A stretch of 64,000 bases of DNA from Eledone cirrhosa (GCA_964016885.1 OZ024743.1:373240001-373304000), one strand, 5' to 3'; positions 12,951 to 27,891 are shown, numbered from the stretch's first letter. The notes: generated by a model not told the origin, from the letters alone. Program-made: numbers and translations.

Positions 12951-14079
12951 CTTTTATTACTGGCTTTTCAAGCCACATTGTTTTTTTGTTGTTATTGTTG
13001 AATACTCTTCAAATCAAACATTCCTCCACCATTGTACACATGTTGATAGTTAGCCATAGAAATAGCATGTTTTTCCACTCCTCAGCTATATTTGAATCAC
13101 AGAAATACTGCTTCTATTTTAGATGCGGAAAATATAATTTATTTTAGTCATTTAGTCATTAATACACACACACACACATACATAGCATCATCATCGTCAT
13201 CATCGTTTAAAGTCCATTTTCCACGCTAGCATGGGTTAGACGGATTGTCCTATTAGAGGCAAGTCAGGCCAGGTGACTGTGTTTTGCTCATACAGAACTG
13301 TTTCTGATGAAATTTTTTTGTATGAAACAGTTCTAGTCCTGTAGAAGCCATTTCTATATTTAACTTGATGCTTACACTCTACTAATGTATTGAGTACCTT
13401 ACCAGCTGTGGTTACTCCTGATTGAACCAGACTCACACACATATATATCAATTACACCTCACTAAGGCAATGACACAGGACCGTGACCTCTGGTGCTAGG
13501 AAGTATTACAGAAGACCTGCCTTCTTATATTCTGGGGTTGAGACATATATCTAGTAGGCAACACCTTCCCCTACCATCTCTCCTCCCATAAACCTCCCGT
13601 GTAATCATCTCACCCCTATACTTATGTCCCCAATTTACCCAGGCATCTTCCTCGCTCCTCCCAAGTTTCCAACTCGCTCCATAAAGTGATCCGCCCTCTG
13701 GAGCCACGACAAAAGAGTCCAGCTCACACTATATAGTGGTTGGCATTAGGAAGGGTATCCAGCCGTAGAAACCAAGCCCAAATCAGTTCTGTGTGAGTGA
13801 ATCAGGGTATCTCGCCCTGATGTCTCACAAAGGAACAGCCCGATCTACCCATGCTAGCGTGGAAGATGAACTTTAAACGATGATGATGATGATATATAAG
13901 GGCGGTGCCTCAGCATGATGGTTGGAACATATATATATATATATATATATATACATACACATATATTTTAATGTAATTTATACTATGCAAAGGAAAAAAA
14001 TGAGGTTTTATGTGAAATAAAATAGGATGTCTTCTTTAAAAAAATAGTCTGCTACGCCAACTATAAATAAATATTTTAC

Positions 14080-14420
14080 TAACCCGGTCACGTTCGTTTA
14101 CATATTACCGGAAGTGGAGAAACGAATGCCTCGGCTATATATATAATATAAAATATTATTTCTTTGTTTGATTTAAAACAATATTTCTAATAGAATATTG
14201 TTTGAATATATAAATTATAATTTAATAAATTTAATTCAAAGATATTTGTCCCAAGTTAAAATTTTAACGAATCAATATTGTTGCGTATCGACAAGATAAC
14301 GGGAGTTAAGCACACGCATCAAAAAACAAAAAGAAAAAAAAAATGATGTAAAATGGCAGCAGACGGCAGCGAGCGAGTGTATATAGTTTGTTGTTCCGTC
14401 CGTCTCCAAATTTATTCGGG
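14080..14420 (+). promoter_or_regulatory. Candidate housekeeping-type promoter of the BLTP1 gene
   Basis: ETS motif CCGGAAGT at 14108-14115, YY1-like AAAATGGC at 14350-14357, local CpG enrichment, TE-poor, ~1 kb upstream of the ATG. Confidence 0.45.
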
Positions 14421-14757
14421 AATTTAGCTAGATATGACTCATGCAATACCAAATGATTGAAAGTAGAAGCTCTGTGCTTCATAATTTTTCCACGAGGAAA
14501 AAAAAAAAATTTTTGACACATCTTAGCACACACTTATATTACTAGCATGAACGATATATTTCACCTGGATATTTGGAGCGGCGGTTATGGCAGATGTTTA
14601 TGTCAGATTGCCGTCAATTATTCTCTACGACGACGATTATTATTACAATTTCAACTGCTGCTGTCACTGGACTAAGAAACGTAAAAGGAAAAAAAGAAAA
14701 AAACTCTCTATATCACCTTTAATTCGTAGTATAATGAATGTAAATCATTAACAAACT

Positions 14758-14879
<122 letters not shown>

Positions 14880-15331
14880 TTAACCCTTACGTTGAATGTC
14901 TTGTTTGTTGTTTCTTGTTTGCTTACCAGTTAGTAGGGTATTTCTTATGTTATTTCTTTCTAAACTAAATCTGTATTTATTGACTATTTATAATTCTTCA
15001 TGTTGTCTCTTATTTTCAATTAAGCAGCTTTAGATAACAACAAACATCACATACATACAGACAGGCATTAAATAAATACAGACATATATTTCAAAAGAAG
15101 TTACCCCAGTGAAACTTTACGAATTTAAATAAACTAATAAACCCTTTAAAATATGTATATATAACAGTAAATTGTACAGAGGAAAAAAAAATGAAATTTG
15201 AGTCGCTGTAACATTAAATAATTACAGCATCTCTCCTTTATTTTCTTGTTAAACCAAAAAAAAAAAAGACAACACAGTAAACCAAAACCAACTCTTCTTC
15301 ATTGTCTTGTGTCACCTTTTTTGTATCAAAG

Positions 15332-15524
15332 ATGTCTAATAATGCATCTATCATCGAGCGAATCGAGGAAGAACTTCCCCAGTCCTCCTTCTACTGGTTA
15401 TTAATTGCTCTATGTGCAGTGACGATGTGGACGATATATATTACCTATTATAACTCGCGAGTTATCGGATTAATATTAACTGTGATACTCAATAAATTCG
15501 TACACTTTGGACATTTAAAGTTCG
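15332..15524 (+). CDS. BLTP1: First coding exon of bridge-like lipid transfer protein 1 (KIAA1109/tweek/Csf1 family)
   Basis: MSNNASIIERIEEELPQSSFYWLLIALCAVTMWTIYITYYNSRVIGLILTVILNKFVHFGHLKF(G) matches the recalled KIAA1109 N-terminal TM anchor and YYNSR.(V/I)GLILT..LN motif. Canonical donor G|GTGAGT at 15525, phase 1. Confidence 0.87.
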
Positions 15525-15557
15525 GTGAGTACCATGGCAATTTTTGTCATATGTCTA

Positions 15558-15652
15558 CTATGTATGTTTGGTGTATATGTAATGTATACATATATGTATG
15601 TTTCGTGTTTATGTAATGTACATATGTATGTGTATTAGGTGTATATGTAATG

Positions 15653-15687
<35 letters not shown>

Positions 15688-16220
15688 ATTAGGTGTATAT
15701 GTAATGTATATATATATATATGTATGTGTATTAGGTGTATATGTAATGTATATATATATATATATGTATGTATGTTTGGTGTATATGTAATGTATATATA
15801 TATATATGTATGTATGTTTGGTGTATATGTAATGTATGTATGTATGTTTGGTGTATATGTAATGTATGTATGTATGTATGTTTGGTGTATATGTAATGTA
15901 TGTATGTATGGTTGGTGTATATGTAATGTATGTTTGGTGTATATGTAATGTACATATCTGTTAGGTGTATATGTAATGTATATATGTATGTTAGGTGTAT
16001 ATGAAATGTACATCAATACCCATAGCTACCTGCGTGTGTGTGTGTATATATATATATACACATGAGTATGTATGCATATATGTATAAGCATTTTCTTTGT
16101 GTATATGCATGTGTGTATAGGCATGTGTATGTGTGAATGCATATATGTATGAATGCATGTGTATATACACGTATGTGTGTATATGCATGTGTGTGTTTAT
16201 GTTCATATATATATACATAA
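15558..16220. repeat. Compound minisatellite (GGTGTATATGTAATGTA units with TA/TATG spacers)
   Basis: Read directly from the sequence. Confidence 0.85.
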
Positions 16221-17974
16221 CCGTGTATGCAAGAAAGCTGAGGAGGGAGACGGTGTGGTCAAGGTGTTACAATACAGGTTCAAGTCTGCTAGAGTCCATT
16301 TAGTTGTCTTTAGTCATGGCACTTACGTCTGTCTGTTTGTCTTGGTCTCTGTTCACTACACAGCTTTCTGGGAGTGTTTATTTCTTATATACTAGCATCC
16401 TATCCTATGATGGGAACATACATTCGTTTATCTCTATAGACGACTGGAAGATCCCTCGCGAGCCAACGAGTTTACCTCTATGTGCTTGCTGGATGAGCTA
16501 GAAATAGCACCCAAAATGTCCACACCCCTTCGTTTTGTATAAGAAAAAAAAAAGGTTAGAATATTAAATAAGTTTCATTGGTTTAGGGGCTCCGATTCAG
16601 ATGAATTTATACGAATGTATGAAAGTTTGTGTTTTCAGTGTTAGTCGAAATGATAGAACATTAAAAGAAGAAAAATAAAAGGGCCCTATAATCTATATCC
16701 TACATATTGACATAGTAGGGGACGGGTAAGTGGTTGATAAAGGGGTAAGAGGTAGAGAGCAGTTATGATAAAAATGATCTGGAAAAGGACTAATTAAATA
16801 ATGTAGTTCTGTGGACACACATCGCCCCCTCTGACAAGACAAAATAGTTACAGCTGAAATACCCTTTGGTCGAGCTGGGGCAAAATAACGAGATCTATTT
16901 AATTTATATACAGGCACATAAGGTTTCCTCTTCAACAAATGCTAATGTTTTTAGGAAGGCGGAATCAGATTGTGTGAGTTTTTGTCTGTCTCAATACCAT
17001 ATATAATCGGCATTTTGTGAAGAATCAATGAGTAGAAATTACACAAGAAACGCGAGTTGCTGCTCGATACGAAATCACGATCATATGAATAAAGTTGTTT
17101 TATTTTAAAGTTTCCTTACATAAGCATAAACATGAAGTATGTGGGAGTTCTTTTCTTCTCTCCCTTTAGGGAATTAAGGGATCGAAAATGAAGTTGAATG
17201 CTATTTATCCTCAGGTCAGCCCTGGTGAAACAGACACGATCAAAGATGATCCAGCTGGGATCAACATCCTAGCTTTTATTCCTAGTTTATCTAGAATTAC
17301 ATTATGCAATGTGTCAAGTGTTTTAAAAGATAGTAAGGTGTGACCAGAAGGATATTTGGCTGTTATTTCCTCCAAGTTGATTGAGCGTTTCGAGGTTTCC
17401 GGAATGGTTCATTTTTTGGAAATCCGAAGTTGGCTACGATGTAAGATCGGTGGAGGTTTAATATTGGTTTATTTTCCTGTATATTCCCCAACTATAATAA
17501 ACATGAGTTGTTTACACAAAGCCATATATTTGTAGAGGAGAGCTTTATGTATTAAAGCTGATTGAGTGAGTATCAATGACACCAATATGTGACTGGTACA
17601 TAATTTTATCGACCTTGGATGGATGAAAGGCAAAGTCAACCCCCCGCTGGGATTTGAATCTATCGATAATAATAATGATTATAGGTATAGTTGCTTCTAT
17701 CTACCTCGGTGTAAAGACTTCAAACTAACCCCACCCACCCATTGATGTAGTTTTTATTTAGAAAACAACAACGAAAAAATGCTCTTTGGATTTGTGTTTT
17801 GAACGTCAGACTTTCAGAAACTGCAATTCTTTCGTAACCCTGATTTTGTCAATAATAATTATAATTATTCTGTTGATTATGATAATAATAATAATTTTTA
17901 ATTAAAGCACACTACCAACAATTTTAGTAGAGGGGATGTCGATTATATCGACCTCAGTACTTGACTGATATATT

Positions 17975-18170
17975 TAAGGGCAGTGGATAGGCAGAATCGG
18001 TAGAGCGTCGGACAACATACTTTGTGGCATTGAATTCAAATCCTGCCGAGGTTAGCTTTCCTTTCATCCTTATGGGGACGATAAAGTACCAGTGATTCAC
18101 TCGGGTCAATTTAATAGACTTTCCCCCCTCACCACCAAAATTGCTGGCCTTGTGCCTAAATCAGAAACCA
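17975..18170 (+). mobile_element. tRNA-derived SINE (dominant family). Other copies near 3990-4140, 10360-10900, 20008-20170, 22317-22672, 24080-24720, 26428-26602, 27449-27665, 29052-29240, 35805-36005, 45328-45545 (mostly minus)
   Basis: Box A/B-like head (GGCAGAATCGGTAGAGCG...TTCAAATCC), core CCTTTCATCC..GATAAA(ATAAA)GTACCAG, tail AAATTGCTGGCCTTGTGCCTAAA. Confidence 0.8.
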
Positions 18171-20336
18171 TTATATATATTGATCCTGGGAAGATGAGAG
18201 GCAAAGTTGAGCTCGGCGGGATTTGAACTCAGAACTTTGGTAAATGATTTGAGAGAGGTAGACTGAAATCACAAGTGGGCGGGCAAGTTAGAATTACCTT
18301 CAAGTTAATTTAAAATCGATTTCCTAACACACCCTGGTAGCATGAACATGATTTTAACTTATGTAAGATGAAAAAGTGTTATTTTTAAATTACTACTTCA
18401 GTAATTACTGGTACTTTATATTTAACGACCCCATAAGGATGAAAACAGTTGACCTAGTGGGATTTGTATTTAACAGTTTCATGTATATGTCATTTTTCTG
18501 ATAATCTTCTTTAACCCCAGGTGAGGTCAGTTCAGCTCTGATCCAGGACAGCCGACTTACGATTCAAAGCATTCCAGCCGTGGCTATACTGTCTGTTTTT
18601 TTTTATATCTGAGATTTGAGATTATCCAGTGATATATCCTTTATAAGACGATAGGGGTGTGATTTGATCGAGACTTTGGTGTTATTCCTAATTGGTTCTT
18701 ATTTAATTCCAGATTAGTTCTACATCAGCATAGCTGACCTATGTATGATTAAAGGCATTCCAGCCACGATCATCCCATTTTGACATAATTATAGACTTCG
18801 TTTCTTCATAACTTTCTTTATAACAATGGTTTCATTTATTAGCAACAAGAGCCTCCAGAATGTAGATTACGAATGTGTTGATGAAATCTAAAAAAAACAA
18901 ACTTAATTTAATTATTTTAAATATTTTCGTTATTGTATAGTTCTGTTCGTTATAATAGATTTCCATTTGTAAACTTTTTTCACTATGCCTTCCAATTTCA
19001 TGTTAATGAATAATATCAATCAGGATAATGTTAGAAATTTTCAACAGGAACGCAATAATGTTTCTACAACTATGAATTGCGAAAAAAAAAAAAAAACTTT
19101 TCTTTTATATATATCAAAATATGTATTAATCTGAAAATATGAAGGAACAAAGTCGTTAGGGTGCACTAAACTTCAGATATGCCTCTGTTTATTATTGTTT
19201 ATTTTTTGGTATATACATTGTTATATGTATTCTTTATACAAGGTGATAAGAGTTTGTTATTTGAAGGAGATTAGACTGCTATTTCTAGCAGGCCGGCAGA
19301 GACTGTACAGAGTCTCCATAGCTGGTATATAATTTCTGTGATTGATGTGAGGGAGTGATGAGACTGCATGTGATGTTCAAACCTGATATATTGGCCAAAA
19401 TGGAAGTGATATAGATATTTCCTTACCGAAGAATACAACTCGGGTTGGCGAATAGACTCGCTCTTCACCTATAGTTATTATTATAATTTCTTTTGAATAC
19501 ACACACACCCACCATTTTAATATATGCGTGGGAAGGAGGGGAGGGGGATGATTGACAATAAATCTCGAAATAAAACGAAAATATTTCATTCGATTCATTG
19601 CGTATATTATGCACGTTCGTTAGGTTTATAGGATTTCCTCGTCGTCTCGTTTGTGTGTATATATATATATATATATATATAGATGTGTGTATAAGCAAAA
19701 TCTGCGAAATGAATCAGGTGAATTGTACGAGACATTTTCATTTTTCTTATTTCGAGATCTATTATCTATGATACCTGTATCTTTCGATTGGTCACATTAT
19801 TGCTTTTTACCAATTTCTCACATCCGTCTTTAACCTCCACCAGAACACCACCACCAACAGAATCTGCAAGCTTCTTTCTACGTGACCATTACACTTGCTA
19901 GAACTAGTTGCTGTAAAGTATTTAATACAAAGCTCTAGCTTCTTTGCCAATTCTCTGCCTTATTAATAATAGACAATAGTAGTAGTAGGAATAATAATAA
20001 TAATAATTGTTTTCTAATTTAGGCACAAGGCCAGCAATGTTTGGGGCGGAGAAAGTTTATTACATTGACGCCCTCTCGTCTTTCCCAGTATTTGACTGGT
20101 ACTTTATTTTATTAATCCAGAAAGGATAAAAAGCAAAATTGATTTAGGCAGGATATGAACTCAAAATAACAAGCAAATTATTTTGTTTGGTACTCTTATG
20201 TTTCTAATTAAGACATAAAGTCAGCAATTTTTTGATGTTGAAGTCGCTTATATTGAACTTCACTACTTGACTGGTACAATATCCATAGCCCTTTTCAATG
20301 CTGGTGAGAGTGTGTGAAGAGCGTATCTTCAAATCA

Positions 20337-20510
20337 GAGACCTGGCTCAAATACTTGCAGCTGGAGACCTGGCTCTACTACTTGCAGCCTGAGACCTGGC
20401 TCAAGTATTTGCAGCTGGAAACCTGGCTCAAATACTTGCAGCTTGAGACCTGGCTCAAATACTTGCAGCTTGAGACCTGGCTCATGTATTTGCAGCCTGA
20501 GACCTGGCTC
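20337..20510. repeat. 27-bp minisatellite (GAGACCTGGCTCAAATACTTGCAGCTT), ~6.5 copies
   Basis: Read directly from the sequence. Confidence 0.9.
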
Positions 20511-22672
20511 TAATATTTACAATAGAGTGGATTCTGTTAATTTTTAACATCCTGTAAGGATTTAGCAGAAAATAGCTAATAACATGCTTGTCAATTCAAA
20601 TGTTTATAGTGTCTTTACAAGTAGATTGTTGTGAAAATTAACTGTAAATTAAATTAGAGACTTTAGTTTTTAAAGTGATGCAGTCATAATGCTGTTTGTA
20701 CTTTTTAAGGTCTTGCTAATATGGTATCATGTGATACAGGGCATTAGAATTTAAAGGCACTCAAGGATGAGGTGGTAATGTTAAACCAGAGGAATGGTAC
20801 TTAATGTAAAAATGGATTTATTTATTTTACATTTCATTTATGCAAAGAATATTTTTTAACAACTCTTTTGTTACCATATTTCTAATGAAAGACACTACCT
20901 ATGATTTTCAATTAAATCAATCTTTCTCATTATCAAGCTAGAGTTGTTAGTGTCAGATAAATAATTAACAGCATTTGTTCCAACTCTTTGAGTTCAAATC
21001 CCACCAAGGTCCACTTTTTCTTTCATCCTTTCAAGGTTGATAAAGTACCACACCAGTGCTGTTGCTGCACTTTCCTATTTCAGCTGTCACATCCTTGATA
21101 TTTTGTTGGAACAAGGGAGCATGCCTGTATTTGTTCACGATTACATGGACACCCAAAACCCTTAGTGAAAGCATGGTATACACTACCAAATCATACTTGA
21201 TCATATTTTTGGATCAGTAAATAAAGTACCACCCTAGTGCTGTTGCTGCACTTCCCCATTCCAGCTGTCATTCTCTAGATGTTCTGTTGAGTCAAGGGAA
21301 ACATCTATTACTCTCAGCAAAATCGTGGTATATGCTACCTAGTCCTACTTGATTGGAAGTGATCACCTCACTGTCATGGTCTTTAAAGTGGTTTTTAAGG
21401 CCAGCTAGCTGCCTTGCAAACTATGTTGCTAATCTCACAAGTGTGTAGTAGGTATCACTGTAATAACATCTTGATGACCATTCTTATGTGATATATTACA
21501 AAGCCTTCTTTGGTCATAACTCATCATGGATTTGCACCTGAAAAATTCCTCTCCAAGTCACAAGCCTGGGCAAAGTATTTTGTCAAAAAGAAAGGCAAAG
21601 GCTGATACAGCTTGGCACCAGTGTCATTGCAGATCGTTTTTTCCAACTGAGTGGACTGGAGCAATGTGAAATAAAGGGTTTTGTTCAAGGATACAATGCA
21701 CTGATCTCTCAAAAAAGAAACTGCGATCTTACAGTTGTGAACCTAACACTGTAATTGCTAAGCTATGTGTATTAATATCTGATAAATCCTGATTTTGAGT
21801 GACATATTAGATTACAGGTTGAGCACCTGAATGTGCTTCATTGCATCTCATGTGACTTCAAGGGTTTAATCAGTTTAGTTTTAGAAAGTAGGATACTGCA
21901 GTAGTGTATGCCACATTTGTTCCTTGTCCTCGATAGAGAGTTTTGTTTTCTATATTCTAATGAATGTCAATCCAGGAGGCAGTAGAAGCCCATTGTATAT
22001 TTGTTTAAAGGTTTCACATATAGCTAAGTAGGATCACTCACTCTCTGACATACACATGTATACAAACACACACTCTGACACACATGTATACATACATACA
22101 TACACACGCCTTATATTTCAGGAAAAGACTGAACATTAGAACTTCCTAGTTTTTGTTTTCCAATAAATGTTGGCTACTCCAATAAATGTTGCCTTTCTTT
22201 TTGACAAAATACTTTGCCCAGGCTTTTAGTTCTTTACTGTGAACGATTTTTCTAAACAAATTTCTTTAAAAATTCCCAATGTTGGACCATGGAAGTATTT
22301 TGTTATAATAATAATAATTGTTTCTACTTGAGGCACAAGGACAGCAATTTGAAAGGGAGGTGGGGAAAGTTGATTAAATTGACTCCAATGTGTTATTGGT
22401 GCTTTATTTTATCGACCCCATAAAAACGAAAGGCAAAGCCAATCTTCGAGGATTTGAACTCAGACTGTAAAGGGCCATAACTCTGTGCTGCAAAGCATGG
22501 TGCCCGACCCTCTACCGATACTGTCAATCTACTGCCCTCATAATAATTGTTTCTACTTTAGGCACAAGGCCAGCAATTACCCAGTGCATTACTGGTACTT
22601 TATTTTATCGACCCCGTAAGGATGAAAGGCAAAGTCAACCTCGGTGGGATTTGAACTCAGATCGTAAAGGGA

Positions 22673-24052
22673 ATAAGAGTAAGAGCAATCGTAAGAACGG
22701 AATTGAATGCAAGGAATAGGATCGATGCCATAAACAGGCTTGCCATACCAGTAGTAATCTACAGTTACAATGTCATCAACTGGTCAAGCACAGAGATCCA
22801 TAGGCTCGATACAAAAATTAGAAAATTCTTAACCATGCACAGAATGCATCACCCTAAGGCAGATACAGATAGAATATATCTCCCTAGGAAAGGAGGACGA
22901 CGTGGGTTAATCCAGTTAGATATTGCGTTGAAAACTGCAACAATTGGATTATCTACATATCTAAGGGAATCACTTGATTGGGTGATCAAACTCGTTTTGA
23001 AACACACAAGCATCAAAAGTACATACTCCATTACAAAAGATGCACAAAGATACAGTAATGGACTACAAATTTCAGAAGTCCCATTTACTGCTGAAATGGA
23101 AAACAGAAAAAGCAAAGCAAGTAAAAGTAACTGCAAAGAAAAAACTGCTACAGAAATGGCAAGAAAAGCCTCTGTATGGAAAATATCCAGAAAGAGCTAA
23201 CAATCCCGATGTTGACAAAACTTTAACCCATCAGTGGTTGGCATTCTCTGGACTGAAATCGGAGACTGAAGGACTGATTATATCAGCACAAGATCAGTGT
23301 CTGCCAACAAAAAATTACCAAGCCAACATAATAAAAAAATGGATGCAACCCATTATGCCGTGTATGTAAAAAACAACCGAGACCATTGATCATATAATTT
23401 CAATGTGCAGTCCTGTAGCTCCAACCGAATACCTAAACAGGCATGGCAGAGCTGCACAATACATACATTGGATAATGTGTAAGCATTTTGACCTGCCCCA
23501 TCAAAAGAATTGGTGGGAGCATCAACCACCTCCCATACTTGAAAAGATCAATCTTGTGGAACTTTAGCATCCAAACAGACCGAAAAATAGATGCAAATAG
23601 ACCTGATATAATACTGAAGGACTTTAAAAAGAGGGTATGCCTGCTAATTGATATGTCCGTTCCAATAGACAAGAATGTATCTATAAAAACATTTGAAAAA
23701 TTGAGCAAGTATAAGGACCTGGAGATAGAAATTGGAAAAATGTGGAAATTGAGAACTAAAACAGTACCAGTGGTTGTGAGCACTCTGGGAATGATACCTA
23801 AGGGGTCTAATGATTACTTATCGCAAATCCCAGGAAACCCGCGTATAGGAGAAATACAAAAGATAGTACTAATGGGAACTGCCCATATACTAAGGAAGAT
23901 TCTGTCAATATAAGTACATCACAAGTCTAAACACTAAAGATGCATGTGTGTATGTATGTTCTTTCTAGAACATGGCGGACCTTGTTGTCTCTTGAGGTCA
24001 CTGGTTGTGACTTGGTGATAACTCGTATGAACATAAAGCAAGATAAATGCAA
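22673..24052 (+). mobile_element. 5'-truncated, frameshifted R4/Dong-clade non-LTR retrotransposon (restriction-like endonuclease type)
   Basis: LNARNRIDAIN..RIYLPRKGGRRGL thumb region; CCHC knuckle CRVC..ETIDHIISMC (~23356-23408, frameshifted); RPDIIL..LLIDMSVP..K PD-(D/E)xK nuclease; followed by (TAA)n. Confidence 0.85.
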
Positions 24053-26085
24053 CTATAATAATAATAATAAAAATAATAATTCTTTCTAACATTGGCACAA
24101 GGCCAGCAATTTGGGAGAAAGTAAAGAAGGTTATATATTCAACTCTGCTAAGTTCTAACACAATGTTACAGAAACTCACATAGTAAATAGAATTAATAGT
24201 TGTTTCTACTTTTGTCACAAGGCCAACAATTACCCAGTGTATTACTGGTACTTTATTTTATCAACCCTGTAAGGATGAACGGCAAAGTTAACCTCGAATT
24301 AATAGTAATTTCTAATTTAAGCACAAAGCCAGCAATTTGGTGGAGTCGTAGGTCAATTAGATCAACCACAGTCCTTGACTGATACTTTATTTTATCAACC
24401 CTGAGAGGATGAAAGGCAAAGTTGACTTCAGTGGGATTTGAACTCAAAATATAAAGAGTCATGACATATACTGTAAAGATTTTTGTTCAACGCTCTACTG
24501 ATTCTATCGATTTCTTGCCTTAATTAATACTTTTTAACATTGACACAAAGCCAGTAATTTGGGGGGAAAGGGAATTTATATTGATCCCAGTATTGAACTA
24601 GTACTTTATTTTATTGACCCCAAAGAAGATGAAAGGCACAGTGGGATTTGAACTTAGAATGCAGAAAATCATAACTAAATACCACAAAACATATTGTCTG
24701 ATGCTGCATTAATACTTCTAACCTATTGCTCTCAATAATTGAATTAATAATAGCATGAAGCCTATTTATTGATTCTATCGGCTGATTACCAACTGCCAAT
24801 ATATTTTCCAGTAACATCACATCTAATCACACTTATGGGGGCCTTTCTAAAGCATTGTTTTATTGCCAGATGCTCTTCCTGGTATTGACCCTTTTAGTCA
24901 ACCCCTTATGACACATGGGCATATGGTGTGCCTATTCTAAATCTAATACAATGAACTTCATAGGATGATGGGAATAGAGCCAGTGTTTAATGTGAAGAGA
25001 ACTGAAATGAGAAGGTTGTGCCATGCGTTGAAGGATGAAAGAGACAGGGTGAGAGGACTGATGAGAATGTATGTGGAAGGGAGTAGAGGAAGACCGAGAA
25101 ATACATGACTAAAGATGATGGAGGAGGACATGAAAGCCAGGCTGCTAATGTGGAGGGGATGTAGACCATAAGGCAAAATAGACACTTGTCATAAAGCCTT
25201 AACTGCACAGGCAGCAAGTGCCCCCAACGGAATTACCCTCTTCCCATTTGAAGGAGGTAAATCCCTCATTGGGACACCACATGTTGTGACACATTCTTCG
25301 CCTCCAACTTAGTTGCTTTGACCACAAACCCTGGTACTGCGGGCCGCAATGCAGAGGGCAGGAAGACAAACAAATATCGGGGCTTGTCCAGTAACTTCCT
25401 CAGGCATCCTTCAACCTTGTACTGCCAAGCTCCTCTGCAAAATCGGTACATCAGCAGCCCGTCTCAGGAAGGAGCCCCATGAGGTGGGATGGCTGTTGCA
25501 GTGGGTGTGACTAGTCATTGTCTGCGGGGGCACAGTTCAAATACCGCTCCGCTCTAGGCCCAGAGCCCATCACTCTCTTCACTTTCCCCTCCCTTTTTCC
25601 TTGCATTTATGGCATTTATAGTCCTTTCCTCTACTTTTCCAGGCAGCCAGATCTGCCCTTTTTATCATTACTTAATTTTGTTTTTATCTTTCTTTTTCAT
25701 ATTCTACAAGTTCTATATTATTCCTTTTGACCAAACTGCCTTTTGGTTCTATCATACAAAACTGGTTGTTTTAAAGTATTTACATTTATGTAAAAACCTG
25801 TTATAAATTTATGTAAGAACCTTTTTATATTTATGTAAAAACCTATTATAAATTTATGTAAGAACCTTTTTATATTTATGTAAAAACCTATTATAATTTT
25901 ATATAAGAACCGTTGTTAAGTTATGCTACAAATAAATTATATTACTAAATCCCTCTAAAATCTATTATTTTCAAAATTATTTAAAAATCATTGACAGTGT
26001 CTTTCATTAGAAATATGATGGGGTTAAAATGTTTATACTTATCTAAAAATCTTCCATCATAATTTTCTGTAAAAAACTTGGTTAA

Positions 26086-26306
26086 CCCTTTAGCATTTAA
26101 ACCGGTCTTGTCCGGCCAGAATTCTCTTACTTCTTTCTGTTCAAACTGGCCAAAATCAGCTGCTCATACTGATGTTAAGGTATTGTTCTCAAAATAAATA
26201 TTATCAAAATCTCATCGATTCGATATTATGTGAGATAATTATGAGAGGTAAAGCCTTTACAGTGAAAATATAATAGTAAATATAAAGTAATGTAAACGCT
26301 AAAGCG
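26086..26306. mobile_element. piggyBac-type MITE
   Basis: TTAA|CCCTTTAGCATTTA ... TAAACGCTAAAGCG|TTAA. Confidence 0.7.
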
Positions 26307-27891
26307 TTAAGTTACAGTCCAAACAGATAAACAATGAGAAAGTTATATTGCTTAATCCCTTCAAATTCTTGATTATTTTCAAAATTAAAAATTACAGGCA
26401 GTATCTTGCATTGGAATTAAAATAATAATTGTTTCTACTTTTGGCACAAGGCCAGCAATTACCCAGTTCATTACTGGTACTTTATGTTATCGACCCCGTA
26501 AGGATGAAAGGCAAAGTCAACCTCGGCGGGATTTGAACTCAGATCGTAAAGGGACGTAACTATGCTGGAAAGCATGGCGTCCGACCCTCTACCGATACTG
26601 CAATAATGGAAGGTTAAATTCATCAGTCTCACTCACTCTCTACATATTTCTGCTATGAAAGATTTCTCTGTATAGACACACATTCTTGCATTTGTCTTTT
26701 ATTATGTACATTTGTTTTTAAGGCACTGCAAAACTGCTATATTCAATGTACCAGTTACTGTTTTAGAATATATAAAGTCTGTAAAGTGGCTGACATTAGG
26801 AAGAGTCTCCAGTTGTAGAAACCATAACAGGATGTGCCCCCTTTCCCAGTCTATCTAGGAGGAGAGTAGCTCTATTTAAGTATTAATTCGATCTGTGATA
26901 ACCCGTCCAACCCATGTCAGCGTGGAAAAATTAATGTTAAAACGATGATGATGACTAATTTTATTGATTTCAGATTTTATTACAAGTTTAAATGTTAATG
27001 AATCAATATTATGTAAAATGTTTGATTGCAATTTATCTATTTTTGTGAGTGTTTATACATGATATTTTTTTAAAGGAATTTATTACAATGCATACAGAAA
27101 TTGTTGGTTATTTAATTCCAAGGCAATACATGATTAATGAGACACATTTGCACATTAAAAAAAAAGGCATCTAAAAATACAATCTATTACACACTTGTAT
27201 AACAGCGCAGGAAGTCTGGACATTTTCTTTTAATACCTTGTTTACAAAACAATGACATTCCCAGATAGAACTCCTTTTATCAAAGGTCTACTTAGTCAGG
27301 GTCGACTTGGACTAAACAAACAGCACAACTTGGTTCTACAATATAAAATGGGTTGTTTTAAAGTGTTTATATTAATTTTTCTACTGGATGTAGTATTACC
27401 AGTTTGTTAAACAAACACATAGTTATCAATTTGTTGTTTTCAACAGTGATTTCTAATTTAGACACAAAGTCAGCAAGTGTAGTGGATGGGAAATAATTAA
27501 TTAAATCAACTCTAGTACTTGATTGGTACTTTATTTTATCAACTCCAGAAGGGTAAAAGTCAAAGTTGACCTCAGCAGAATTTGAAATCAGAATGTTGAG
27601 AATCAGAACAAACACCACAATAGCATTTTATCTGACGCTCTACCAATTCTTCCAATCCAACATCCTCTGTTTTGAATATAATACAACAAAATATTGTTAT
27701 ATGAAATTATGATGGAATGTCTTAATATTAATTTGAATATTTTAAAATGAACAGGTTTTGTATCATAGAAGCAAGGGTAGTCTTGGATGGCTTGGTATCA
27801 AAAGGGTTAAATGGAACCTCATCTAGGGCTCATCATTTGTAGTTCTCTCTGCTTCTCATGCATTAATAGAAGACTCTCTTCAACCATTTAA

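Noticed and set aside
13286-13352. CTGATGA..GAAACAG possible hammerhead; 31 bp shared with 5221-5251
   Set aside because: Stem II is unpaired and the 5' part is RTE-tail sequence, so it is treated as a chance junction.
15302-15616. ORF-track extent of the BLTP1 ORF
   Set aside because: The upstream TTG start and the read-through past the GTGAGT donor are not part of the exon.
19550-19772. Degenerate inverted repeat around (TA)n
   Set aside because: Only ~30 bp of imperfect complementarity and no ribozyme or TIR signature.
20298-20547. ETWLKYLQL repeat ORF or CRISPR-like array
   Set aside because: It is a head-to-tail 27-bp minisatellite with no unique spacers, in eukaryotic DNA with no cas genes.
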